Below, piece by piece: positions 40,752-50,585 of a stretch of DNA of 64,000 bases (within the stretch, counting starts at the first letter, position 1; every line of letters begins with the position of its first letter). The translations under genes were made by a program, and so were the position numbers. The stretch spans positions 32,001 through 96,000 of the forward strand of contig CBDHDG010000007.1 of assembly GCA_965261595.1 (NCBI GenBank). The letters are read 5' to 3'. A model generated the notes under the pieces. The model was given only the letters and a program-made list of their open reading frames with translations. It had not been told where the DNA came from and searched no databases. This DNA comes from a bacterium. Lineage in GTDB: Bacteria > UBA8248 > JACPRG01 > G963555815.

Positions 40752-41093
40752 ATGGCTCAGACACTGCAAAAGAACATTCGGGCCACGCCCGGGCAATGGA
40801 AGAGGATCGAAAAAGAGGCGGAGGAGCGGGGGATGTCGGCAAACCAACTCGTGGTCGAGCTCGCGATGGAGGCTCTCGACCACAGGCAGTGGCCCCGCAC
40901 GGAGCATGAAATCCAGCTCCTTCGGTCGGCCATGTTCGCGGCCCAGGCCATGGCCCGCGACATGGAGAGGGCCGGACGAGGGGACGAGGTCGAGGAAATC
41001 AGCAGGAATATATCCGAAGTCGCGCCGGAATTGCCGGGCGGGTCGGCGAAGGACTTGCGGGATCGGGCGCTTTCGGCCAGCGGCAATGCGTGA
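40752..41093 (+). CDS. Hypothetical ribbon-helix-helix-like protein
   Basis: KNIRAT..QWKRIEKEAEERGMSANQLV pattern. Confidence 0.55.
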   Translation: MAQTLQKNIRATPGQWKRIEKEAEERGMSANQLVVELAMEALDHRQWPRTEHEIQLLRSAMFAAQAMARDMERAGRGDEVEEISRNISEVAPELPGGSAKDLRDRALSASGNA

Positions 41094-41399
41094 GTTGATG
41101 TCCCCGATCCAGTGATCGAGACTCGAAAGAATGTCAAAGATCGCGAATCAGTGACAAAGAGTCGAAAGGTGTGGGTCGTCGCATGATCATCCTTGTGTGA
41201 ACGTGATTTATGACCTGCAGAATATCCGGCCACGCCTGTTATAGATTAAGAAGTGGATTTTCAATATGGTCGTTCCTGATCTCGGTGATGACAACTTATG
41301 CGACCAAGAAGCGGAGTTCGCTTCCTTGCCTTGCCCATTGGAGGAGAGGCGATAGTCTGTGCCCGTCATCGGAGGGTGCGTGGCATTCCACTGTTCTCG

Positions 41400-41858
41400 T
41401 TAAAAGTCTTCGAGTGCTGTCGCAATTGCATCGCATACTTCTTCCGGAAAGAAAAATAGTCGTTGCCCAATGTGTTCTTTGAAATCCCCTGACCTTTGCC
41501 CCTGTTCTACCCTAATCGGATATCTAGCGTCGACTGCGTCGGCCAACGAGGCACTGGACGCCCGAACGGTCAATAGCCCACCTGACGGCGCATTGTCCTT
41601 TTTGTGCAAAGCACTGAAGAGGACAGCCCTACTGCCATGCCGAAAGCGTTCGCATTCATGGGAAATATCAGATATCAGTCGGTCTTCGCTTGGGGCGTCT
41701 CGTAAATAGAATCTGAACGGGTCCTTTTGGTGAAGCCGTTGCTGCTCAAAGAAATTCGGGATATGTGGAATGCGGCCAACTGTGGACGGCGGATCCGGCG
41801 GCGCCCACTCGGGCTCGAGATAGGACCGGACGATATCAATGCCGGATAAGGCCGCCAA
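41400..41858 (-). CDS. Hypothetical protein, possibly a fragment
   Basis: 152-aa ORF in a lower-GC tract; no motif recognised. Confidence 0.3.
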   Translation of the reverse strand: MAALSGIDIVRSYLEPEWAPPDPPSTVGRIPHIPNFFEQQRLHQKDPFRFYLRDAPSEDRLISDISHECERFRHGSRAVLFSALHKKDNAPSGGLLTVRASSASLADAVDARYPIRVEQGQRSGDFKEHIGQRLFFFPEEVCDAIATALEDF

Positions 41859-42061
41859 TGGCGATTTGTCCGGGGCGCGAGCCGGGAGACCATCGATTAG
41901 TGTGTGGGATGGGTCTGGGATGGCGTCAGACCTTGACTTTGCGCTTTAGCCGTATGTTTCTCACAACCAGGAGGGGGGGATACCCGACCTCGTGCCTCAA
42001 TCCGGAATTTCCCATATCAACTTGCTTGGGTGGTTTCCGGTCCCCTTTCCCGATGAAAACC

Positions 42062-42090
42062 AGTTGATCCCCTTCCGATGGGTTTGTCAA
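42062..42090 (-). promoter_or_regulatory. Outward sigma70-like promoter in the IS1380 right end
   Basis: TTGACA-17-TCAACT. Confidence 0.5.
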
Positions 42091-42230
42091 GAGCCTTCCA
42101 ACCCTCCGCAACAAGGTGCTGACGGCCATCGACTGCCCCAAAAGGCGGACCCTCGCCCTTCGGTCCCCTTTGTTCGCGGTTCAACCCGTTAACCAATCAC
42201 CTCATGCTGCCGGGAACCCTCTGCACAAGG

Positions 42231-43562
42231 TTAGACCGGCACCGGCCGTAATCGGTTGATTCGGTCCAGGATGATGGCGAACTCTTCCCTGGATACCGCT
42301 ACTTCGGCCAATTGAAAGATGATCTGCCGGGCGTGCCGCACAATCCTCCCGCCCATTTTGATGAGCTTGACCTGGAGGCTTCGCAGCGACCAGTGCTTGA
42401 GCCCCCTGGGCAAGGCTAGCCTGCGCAGGAAATTGCCCAGGTTGTACGCCAGGACGAAGAGAAGGAGCCGCACCTGGTTGCACACGAACCGGTGACAGGA
42501 AAGGCGTGTCCAGTTCAGGGCGTACTTGCCTTCCTTGATCCATTGCTCGGCTGTGCCTCGCTGGTTGTAGAAGTGCACGACCCCCTCGGGTCGAGCCGTC
42601 AGGTTCGTGACAATGAATCCGACGCGAGGGAAGAGTTCGCCTGAGTGCCATTCCACCTTCGCCACGACCCGCCGGGAACGGTCCCAGCTTCCAGCCTGAT
42701 ACCGGAAGTCGTAATAGAAGATGATGGGTCTCTTGGGCGGGCGACCGACCGGGCGGGTGAGGAGGAAGTCGATCTCTCGCTGCACCACGTCGTTGGCGGG
42801 AAGGCGGATGGCGTAATGGAAGCTGTGCGCTTCCAGGCACTCATAAACCTCCGGGCGCGCAAAGGCGGCATCGGCTCGGAAGTAACGGCGAACACCCGCC
42901 CGCTCATACCGGGCCGCGATGGGCGAAAGCAACTCGCGCCAGCCATCGGCGCTGTGCACGTTGCCGGGGCGCAACATCGCCCCTTCGCAGTCCCCAAACT
43001 GGTTAAAGCAAAAAAGAGGGTGATAACAGGTGCAACGAAAGTGGCCGTTGTAGGCCGTACCTTCCTGCTCCCCATGGACGGGGCTTTCCGAGCTGTCCAT
43101 GTCCAGGATGATTCGCTGATGGGGTGAGTGTGCCATGGCCCGGTCCACCCACTCCCGGTTCAGCTCGCTCAACCCCTTGAGATTCTCCTCCCTGGTGAGA
43201 ACCTCGGTCTCGAACCGGCTCAGGGTGTTGGCGCCCGCCGCCTGCTTCTCAAGCGCTCGGCGGCCGACCACGGCTTGCATCGCGGGGTCCTGGGCCAACC
43301 GCTCGGCATCGTTGGTGTCTTCATACCCTGCCAAGCGGCTATAGACCGACTGGCGCAATAGCGGCGCCAACTCATGCTGGATGTTCCGGCCATGACGGAT
43401 CTCTTGCAATTGCACTGGCGCTCTCACCGTCAAACCCAGCGCATCATCCAGCTCCCGGCAGGCCAGCAATCCCGCATCCGAAGTGATTCTGGTTCCGTGA
43501 AACTCAAGCCTCAGCCGACGGTCAAAACGGATCTTCAAAGCCCCCTTCTTCGCTTCACCCAT
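42231..43562 (-). CDS. IS1380-family transposase
   Basis: TSDAGLL, GYED.ND, LDMDS, LRPGNVHSA, RADAAF, YNQRG.AEQWIKE.K. Confidence 0.95.
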   Translation of the reverse strand: MGEAKKGALKIRFDRRLRLEFHGTRITSDAGLLACRELDDALGLTVRAPVQLQEIRHGRNIQHELAPLLRQSVYSRLAGYEDTNDAERLAQDPAMQAVVGRRALEKQAAGANTLSRFETEVLTREENLKGLSELNREWVDRAMAHSPHQRIILDMDSSESPVHGEQEGTAYNGHFRCTCYHPLFCFNQFGDCEGAMLRPGNVHSADGWRELLSPIAARYERAGVRRYFRADAAFARPEVYECLEAHSFHYAIRLPANDVVQREIDFLLTRPVGRPPKRPIIFYYDFRYQAGSWDRSRRVVAKVEWHSGELFPRVGFIVTNLTARPEGVVHFYNQRGTAEQWIKEGKYALNWTRLSCHRFVCNQVRLLLFVLAYNLGNFLRRLALPRGLKHWSLRSLQVKLIKMGGRIVRHARQIIFQLAEVAVSREEFAIILDRINRLRPVPV

Positions 43563-43668
43563 TGGGTCCCCTCGCAAGATGATGGCAGGGAGAGGCCAAC
43601 ACCTTGATCTTACACGAGAAAATGGCATTCGGTCCGACAAAACTTATGATCCATATGGGAAATGCGGG

Positions 43669-46036
43669 GTAGAAGGTCGCAAGGAACTTCCGGTCCGTGA
43701 TCAGACGCTGGAACATACGTCCGCAAAGATCGTGCTGGCTGGTCGCCCCGAGCTCATCCAATTTGGCTGCGACGACGGAGAGTCGGTCCAGGATTTCCTG
43801 GGCCGTGCCGTTGCGGATTGGAAGGATGATGTCCGAGGCGATCTTGAAGATCGGCCAGTAGTTGATGTTCGTGAGAATGTGTCGCCAGACTTTCAGAACT
43901 CTCCCCTTGGAGAGGCGCCCATTGGCGTTGCGTAGCTGGTCGAGCGTGTCGATGCTATGGGCGCCGGCGATGGCGGTGTGGAAGGTGAGAGCGTTGGCGA
44001 GAATGGCCATCGCCATCCGCGAGGTCTGCTCTCCGTCCGTCTGATGCAACTCGCTGGCGATGGACTCCAGCGTGTCTGGCGCATCGGCGCAGGCATCACG
44101 CAGCTTACCGGCGACTTGGTTGATCCCGTCTTCGAGGATCTTCATACCGCTGGCGATGCGGTTTTCGGACAGGGCGGCATGCTCGATACATGCTGTGAGA
44201 TCATCCACGCTGCCGTCGAGCCAGCCGGTTTTGGGCCATCGATCGGGGTCTTCCGAATCTCCCGAGAAAATGCAGAACGCCAGCCTAGTTCTCGCGATTT
44301 CCTCTTCGAGTTTGTTCTGGCGTACGTTGGCCAGAGCGTCTGGAATGCGCACGGCGAGGGCCTGTTCGATGCTATCTCCCGTTTCCCGCAAGGTCTTTCC
44401 GAGACGTTCGCGGGCGTCCTGCTCGACGGTGTGAGCCGGCGTGTATTCTGTCTCAACGGCGACCGGGAGGCCGCCCGGGTGGCGGACGATAAGGTCAGGC
44501 TGCAGTCCCGCCCTTTCGCTAAAGACGTTCGTCTGTTCCACCCCGATCCGGTCCACCCAACGCGGATGTTTCCCCCGCAACACGTTTGCCAGTTGGGTAT
44601 TGTCCCCCGCTCTAGGGTTTTGTTGGACACTCGATTGATCCATGATTCATGGAGAAAGGGGTGTCGCGATGAACGAACAAAAGCAAGAGGGGGCTTTGGC
44701 GGAGGGCGCCCGCAGGGCGAACGGAGCCAAGGCCCCAGGGCATCGCAGTGAGCGGGGTCGGTTCTCCTGCCAGCGCAAGCGGGAGGCGGTCCTGCGTCTT
44801 TTGCGGGGCGAGAGCCTGGAGACGCTCTGCCGCGAGTTGGGCACGACAGCGGCTCGGCTTTCCGCCTGGCGCGAGGCGTTCCTTCGCGGGGGCGAGGCGG
44901 CGCTCAAAGCCCGCCCGGCGGATGAGCGGGACGAGGAGAACGCCCGGCTCAAGGCCAAGGTGGGCGAACTCACGATGGAGGGCGAGGTCCTGCGGGAGAA
45001 GATCGACCGCCTGGAGGCCGGCCGCCCTTTAGCCGGCAGGAGGTGGAGGCGATGAGTCAGGCCCGCTTCACCTCCACGGGCAGAGCCTACGGCCTGAAGC
45101 GGGTGTGCGCCCTTTGGGGCTTGGCGCGCTCCACGGTCTACGCGCAACGGCGGCGAGAGGCGGTCCCCGTTCATGAACGCCCCACGCCCAATAAGCGCGG
45201 CCCTGTGGGCCCGTGCACCGATGCGGAACTCCTCGGCCACATCCGGCAGGTCCTGGAGGACTCTCCCTTCCATGGCGAGGGCTACCGCAAGGTGTGGGCG
45301 AGGCTGCGCTTCGCGGGCATCCGCACCAGCAAGGAGCGGGTGCGTCGCCTGATGCGGGAGGCGGGGCTTCAGGCCCCTCACCGGGTGGGCAAACCCCGAG
45401 GTCCCAAGGCCCACAACGGGACCATCCGCACCGAGCGGCCCGACCGAATGTGGGGCACGCACATGACGACGACGGTGACCACCGAGGAGGGGATGGCCTC
45501 GGTGTTCGTGGCGGTGGATCACTGCTCGGTGGACTGCGTGGGGATCCATGCGGCCAAGAGCGGCAACCGCTTCGAGGCCCTGGAGCCGATCCGGCAGGGG
45601 GTCGCCGAGCGCTTCGCCGGCTTGGAGGCGGACGTCGCCGAGGGGCTTAAAGTTCGTCACGACCACGGCCCCGCCTATCTGTCCGATGACTTTCAGCGGG
45701 AGATCGCCTACCTGGGCATGACCAGTTCGCCCAGCTTCGTGCGGGCGCCCGAGGGAAATGGCTACTGTGAGTGGTTCATCCGCATCTTGAAGGAGAATCT
45801 CCTGTGGGTGCGCTCTTTCGCCACCGTAGAGGAACTGCGGTGGGCGCTGCTTGAGTTCAAGAACCTGTACAACCATCATTGGATTCTCGAGGGCTACGGC
45901 TACCGAACGCCGGCCCAGGCAAGGCAGGAAAAACTCGCTCAAGTTGCGGAGGCCGCATGAGGTCGAATACCCTCACCCGAGTGTCCAATAACCCAGGGGC
46001 GGTCCAATTGAATGCAGTTTCAGTGGTCTTGGGCAT
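43669..46036 (-). pseudogene. N-terminal part of a fused restriction-modification (type IIG-like) gene, interrupted by an IS3-family copy and truncated by IS1380
   Basis: MPKTTETAFN (46036-46007) joins in frame to TQLANVLRGKH; PD..VETE nuclease-like motif; ends at GRMFQRLITDRKFLATFY, just before the expected methylase core. Confidence 0.75.
44603..46006 (+). mobile_element. IS3-family element, copy 1 (1404 bp; orfA 44669-45055, orfB 45052-45960)
   Basis: IRL TCCCCCGCTCTAGGG.., IRR TGGACCGCCCCTGGG..; 4-bp TSD ATTG; GYRKVWARL, RHDHG motifs. Confidence 0.92.
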
Positions 46037-46204
46037 CGTCTTGGCCAGTCCGGCAGCTCCGTTTAAGGTGTATTCCAGTCATCGATCAAGCCGTCAGAGT
46101 CTCTTTGAATCGCGCTTCCTAATCTCCGTTGTTGTGCCTGTGGGAGATACAGGCAATACACGTGACAGCTTATCGTAGCATATCACAAACGCACTGCCCC
46201 GCCA

Positions 46205-46660
46205 CTACCCGGCATTCCAGTGTTTGCGCTGCAGGTAGAAGATCCGGTAATCGGGATCCTCAGACTCCGGAAACTCCGCTATTGGGGCAATGGGTTCCTC
46301 GGACAGGCAGACCCAGACCAGGCCATACCTTTCCTGCGCTGGGAAGGTGGTGAGACACGCCTTTTTGGGAATTGGATGTTCCGCCGGGACCGAGGGAATT
46401 CGGACGCACTTCCCTTGGGCATTGTAGGCCCAGCCATGGTACGCGCAGACGATCGTTTCTCCCTCGACCCAACCAAGGGAAATGGGAGTTCCCCGATGGA
46501 TGCAAAGGTCGGAAAACGCCCGGACCTGGCCTCCCACCCGGAAGACCGCCAGACGCTCATCCAACAGGCGAACGGAAACCGGCCGCTCACCCAACTCGTG
46601 AGAAAGCATCCCGGGATGCCAGTACTTACCCAAAATGGGCCCCAGAGCGCCCTCTCTCAT
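46205..46660 (-). pseudogene. Rieske oxygenase alpha subunit, N-terminal fragment
   Basis: CIHRG and CAYHG; close paralog of 52647-53684 but stops before the mononuclear Fe ligands. Confidence 0.88.
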
Positions 46661-46925
46661 CGCGTTGTCCCCTTTTCCGGAATTTCCCATTTTCCTCTGA
46701 ACGGAAGACCTCCCCAGTCCTCTTTGCCGGTAAAACCCATTTCACCCCCTTCCGGTGAACCGGTCAAGAGCTTCTCGAACCCCCCAACTGGGCGCTGATC
46801 GCCAGCCGCCATGCCCAAAACGCGGAGTCCCGCCCTTCGTTCATCCTTCCCGACGATTCAACCGGTGAGAAAAAAAAGGGAATTATGTAGGAAAGTGCCG
46901 AAGGGGAGAAATCGCCACCACAATA

Positions 46926-47177
46926 TCAGCGTCGTGGCGGCGGGTTTGCAGGAGTGACATCACTAATATCTATCTCTCTTCCCTCAGGAAGGCGCCAGTA
47001 GAAAGAATCCTTGATTTTCACTCGGCGCATTCTGTGTTCACCCGCAAAAGAGATATTGCTCTCAGATATCTTTGGACGAGTTGTGACTAACTCGTGGCCA
47101 GCGCCGTGTTTATAGAATACACCCCACTCAATCCCGTTCACTTTTTTCACCGGGATACGAAGTGCTATTTTCTTCAC
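46926..47177 (-). CDS. IS1595 passenger, hypothetical (83 aa)
   Basis: GTGA overlap with the upstream passenger ORF. Confidence 0.55.
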   Translation of the reverse strand: MKKIALRIPVKKVNGIEWGVFYKHGAGHELVTTRPKISESNISFAGEHRMRRVKIKDSFYWRLPEGREIDISDVTPANPPPRR

Positions 47178-47482
47178 GCTGGAATTTCCCTAACGCCTTT
47201 GTCTTCTAGGCGGCTTAAAGCCCGATCGACATCCAGAAAGCTCAGTTCAAGCGCCCGAGCGATTTCGACAGAATTGGTTCTGGACTTACCAAGGCTTCGG
47301 ACTGCTTGGATATGAGCGTATACAGCATTTTCGACGCTGCTATCATCTGGGATGGCCAATTTGCTGGATGGCCTCATGGTGACATCCACATGAACCATTT
47401 CTTGAGAGCTGTCAATAGTCGAGGTATGACTATCCCGGCTGGTTGAGTACGTTGGCAAATATTCATGTGCCGCATTATTCAT
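47174..47482 (-). CDS. IS1595 passenger with C-terminal winged-HTH-like segment
   Basis: NSVEIARALELSFLDVDRALSRLEDKGV; ATGA overlap. Confidence 0.55.
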   Translation of the reverse strand: MNNAAHEYLPTYSTSRDSHTSTIDSSQEMVHVDVTMRPSSKLAIPDDSSVENAVYAHIQAVRSLGKSRTNSVEIARALELSFLDVDRALSRLEDKGVREIPA

Positions 47483-47811
47483 GGGTCTATCCCCTTTCGC
47501 TCCCATGGAGTGCCAAAAACACTAGCGTAGGAGTCCCGCTGCCTGACAAGAGCGTCAATGAGTCCCTGTATAATCGTTACAGGGATTGTTATTTCGAAAT
47601 CAGGCTCCAAGTCTAAGGTGTTGTCCTTGTTTATCTGTTCAGGTCGAATCTTTGGAGGAACCCTGACGCCTGACATCGAAAAGTCATTTATGGACGATGC
47701 AACCCCTATGTAATTCACGTAAAATTGCGGAGTGCCATCAGTTGTCGGGAGCAAGTTGAGCTTCACGTTGCTAATGGGCTCGCCATTCTCTGGTTTCTTT
47801 GGATCGGTCAT
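47479..47811 (-). CDS. IS1595 passenger, DUF3467-like
   Basis: FYVNYIGVASSINDFSM..EITIP..LIDAL pattern. Confidence 0.55.
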   Translation of the reverse strand: MTDPKKPENGEPISNVKLNLLPTTDGTPQFYVNYIGVASSINDFSMSGVRVPPKIRPEQINKDNTLDLEPDFEITIPVTIIQGLIDALVRQRDSYASVFGTPWERKGIDP

Positions 47812-47990
47812 GGGTTCGAGCTCCACCGCTTACCAGTAGCCTTCCGCGCGATTTCCGAACGCTCATCAGCCGTGAGTTTTTCGGCCCTGGCCTTCCCTCC
47901 ATGGACACATCAATTCACCCGTACATTAGGTTGAATTTAAAGCCCTGTCAAGATTATCCCGGAAGGTCAAGCGTTGCTGTATGGATCCGG

Positions 47991-48161
47991 TCAATCCTTC
48001 TTCGGGCTCGGAATATGTCGAACCGTAACATTCTGAGCCAAAGCATCAACCGCTTCCTCAACCCCAACGTCAACCCGAAGATCATCCTCCAACTCTGCCT
48101 TTGTGGGCTGGTAGGACGACTCGACCATTTCAACCTCTACGGGTTTCGGCTTGTCGGTCAT
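47991..48161 (-). CDS. Small acidic protein (56 aa) downstream of the transposase
   Basis: RBS AAGGAG; MTDKPKPVEVEMVESSYQPTKAELEDDLRVDVG...; below the ORF-track cutoff. Confidence 0.6.
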   Translation of the reverse strand: MTDKPKPVEVEMVESSYQPTKAELEDDLRVDVGVEEAVDALAQNVTVRHIPSPKKD

Positions 48162-48215
48162 GGTCTTGGCTCCTTTCGGGTGGCGTCGCTTAATGCGTAG
48201 CGGTCGGACACATCT

Positions 48216-49196
48216 TCACGCCCTCCGCGCCATGGAGTCAAGCCCGTTGTCGGCGATGAGTTGCGTGTACTTGAGCCGTTTCCCGTCCATGCCGTTGACG
48301 ATCTCGCCCATGATGTCGATGGTGTCACGTTCCCGGAGGTTGTGCCGTCCGGCGAATTCCTGGACGTAACGGTCCAGGTGCTTTGGCGAGATCTTGTGAA
48401 ACGTGCCCTTGTGGGCGCGTTTCATCGTCGCCCAAAGAGATTCGATACCATTGGTGTGTACGTCGCCCCTCACGTATTCCGAGATAGAGTGCTTCACGCT
48501 GGAATGATTGAAGGGGAGGCTTTCGTAGGCGGTTGCCTCGTCCGTGTAAACGGTGGCTCCTGGAGCCGCGTGCTCATCAACGAATCCGTGGAGAGTGTCT
48601 TTGACGGTATTGTGGACCACCTTGGCCGAGACGCGATTCGTTGCCCGGTCCTTTGCGCCCACAACCGCCGTCTTGCCGACAGAGCCCCTGCCTTTGAGTT
48701 TCTTCTTCTTGGCCTTCGTGGTATTGCGGAATTTTCCGCCGAAATACGATTCATCCACTTCCACCGGGCCGGAATATGGGCGGTCCTTCACCGATATGGC
48801 CGCACGGAGCCGATGGGCCATGAACCACGCGCTTCTCTGATTGATTCCGAGGTCGCGGCTCAGCTTCATGCTGGACACGCTCTTGAGGTTGGTAGAAAGC
48901 AGATAGGTTCCGATCATCCACTTCTGCATCCCGATCTTCGAGCCTTCCATGACCGTCCCGGTCTTGGCGCTGAATCGCTTCGCGCATTCCTTTTCACGGC
49001 ATCGAAACGGCATCGTCTTATGTTTCGTACCCGCCTGGACGTTCATCGAACCACAATGCGGGCAGGCGACCCCATTTGGCCAGCGCTTCTTGATGAACCA
49101 CGCTTCGGCGGTCGCATCGTCCGGGAATTGCCGCATGATCTCGATGAGTGTGATACCCTTGCGGTAGGCTTTTCCTGGGGCTTTCTTCTTTGTCAC
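48216..49196 (-). CDS. IS1595-family transposase
   Basis: Zn ribbon CPHC..CREKEC, VEVDESYFGG, VYTDE, VHTNGIESLW; GTG start with GAGGAG RBS. Confidence 0.95.
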   Translation of the reverse strand: MTKKKAPGKAYRKGITLIEIMRQFPDDATAEAWFIKKRWPNGVACPHCGSMNVQAGTKHKTMPFRCREKECAKRFSAKTGTVMEGSKIGMQKWMIGTYLLSTNLKSVSSMKLSRDLGINQRSAWFMAHRLRAAISVKDRPYSGPVEVDESYFGGKFRNTTKAKKKKLKGRGSVGKTAVVGAKDRATNRVSAKVVHNTVKDTLHGFVDEHAAPGATVYTDEATAYESLPFNHSSVKHSISEYVRGDVHTNGIESLWATMKRAHKGTFHKISPKHLDRYVQEFAGRHNLRERDTIDIMGEIVNGMDGKRLKYTQLIADNGLDSMARRA

Positions 49197-49224
49197 GTCG
49201 GTTCTCCTCATGTTGTATAAGGAG

Positions 49225-49253
49225 AATATACAACAGAGTGCCGAAGATGTCAA
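49225..49253 (-). promoter_or_regulatory. Sigma70 promoter of the IS1595 transposase
   Basis: TTGACA-17-TATATT. Confidence 0.75.
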
Positions 49254-49388
49254 GTGCTTTTTGGGGTAAAATGCGAACGCCCAGAGTGAGGGCTCTAGGC
49301 GTTCAAGCTACAGGGTGACTCTGTGATGGACCGTCCTTAAATCAGAGTACCCCTTTCGTGGTTTTGTGTCAAATGGGAGGGGATCGCC

Positions 49389-49625
49389 GTGAAACTAATG
49401 CCGGAGAATGTACGCGTGAAAATAACACTGTGGGCCGCTTTATTCTATTTTGGTGGTGGTGCGCTTATGATTGCATACCTTTTGCTGGCTGGAAATGAGG
49501 AAGGGATTCGTTTCGCCGAAAAGTCCTTTTTCACGATAGGGGCAACAGCCGTGATGTGTATCGGCTACTGGTTCGGGAATCGAAGGGATGAGTCGTTGAA
49601 AGACAACTCAACCGAGACCCAATAG
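49389..49625 (+). CDS. IS1595 passenger, small two-TM membrane protein
   Basis: GGGAGG RBS, two hydrophobic segments, GYWFG. Confidence 0.6.
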   Translation: MKLMPENVRVKITLWAALFYFGGGALMIAYLLLAGNEEGIRFAEKSFFTIGATAVMCIGYWFGNRRDESLKDNSTETQ

Positions 49626-50585
49626 CTCGGCGATTATGCCCTTGACCCAACCAGCCACTGCATGTGAGATTTCAGACCTGGAAGGCCAGACCACAAGATG
49701 TAGGGGGGTGAAAATCCGTCCCCTTGCGTCTATATTGAAGTCCCTATCGCGGCAACCGAAGGGATAGCCTCAAACGCTAACCGTATTCTTTCCAGAAGTA
49801 TTTTGTATAACTGAATCAGGTTAGCGATGAACACTGCAAATGCGTCCAAGGGATGATTTTTAATTTCTTCTTTCTTTGGATATACGTGGCAAAAACCGAT
49901 TTTTTGATGCATCTGTTTATTCCCTTTCATGTTTTTGGGCGCAAATACAGAAAATTCGCCCTTGACAAATTTTATGAGAGGGAACACACTGAAGGGTGTC
50001 GATTCTCTTCAATATGTTGCCTATCTCACTACACGCCCCTGTGCTCTGGGCGTGTAGTGAGATATATCCCCAAAGAATGTTTCTGTCCACTACATCTTGT
50101 GGTCAGCGCCCCAGTGCTTTTCGGCACTTTCCTACATAATTCCCAAAAAAAATCCCCCTTCCGCCTACGGGGAATGCTCCGCGAAAGACTAGACAGGCAC
50201 CAGCCGTAATCGGTCGATCCGCACCAAAATGAGGGCGAACACCTCCCTGGATACAGCCCCCTCGACCAACTGGAAGATGATCTGCCGGACATCGCCGCCG
50301 AGGAGGCCCGCCTGACCTGCGGCGCCGTCCGGTCGATGATCGCGAGCGTCTGCGGCGCGGCGGGCCATGTCCCACACCTGACTCATGGGGAAGCCGGTCG
50401 AAGCCGGCTCATATCGCCTTCCACGGGGATGAGGTAGCCTATTTCTCCCCCACCAGGCAGGGCGCGAGTGACCCCATGTCCCGCGAAGAAAAAGACTACA
50501 TTTAACCCGGATAATCGCCCAATGTTAGAATGCAGAATTCGCGATTGGATTCATTGGCGTTCAGGCTTCCACAGGAGGGTGAAAA

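Larger units (their letters stand above)
42002..43668 (-). mobile_element. IS1380-family insertion sequence
   Basis: IRs CCGGAATTTCCCATAT / CCCGCATTTCCCATAT; no TSD evident. Confidence 0.9.
17836..46204. mobile_element. Decayed conjugative/integrative element cargo block
   Basis: ParB/DUF2958/strawberry-notch/Ssb/Toprim/DUF2493 gene set between two truncated host genes; no relaxase, T4SS or dedicated integrase seen; boundaries approximate. Confidence 0.7.
46878..50144 (-). mobile_element. IS1595-family transporter IS (3267 bp) carrying passenger genes
   Basis: Perfect 25-bp IRs GGGAATTATGTAGGAAAGTGCCGAA; 8-bp TSD AAAAAAAA. Confidence 0.93.
46677..50290 (-). mobile_element. IS1380 remnant (46677-46877 plus ~50153-50290) split by IS1595
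   Basis: End CCGGAATTTCCCAT and tail homologous to 42002-42230; C-terminal peptide RQIIFQLVEGAVSREVFALILVRIDRLRLVPV. Confidence 0.8.

Noticed and set aside
17831..46152. AGATACAG near both island edges as an att core
   Set aside because: Only 8 bp, about 55 bp from the right junction, and joining there does not restore either gene.
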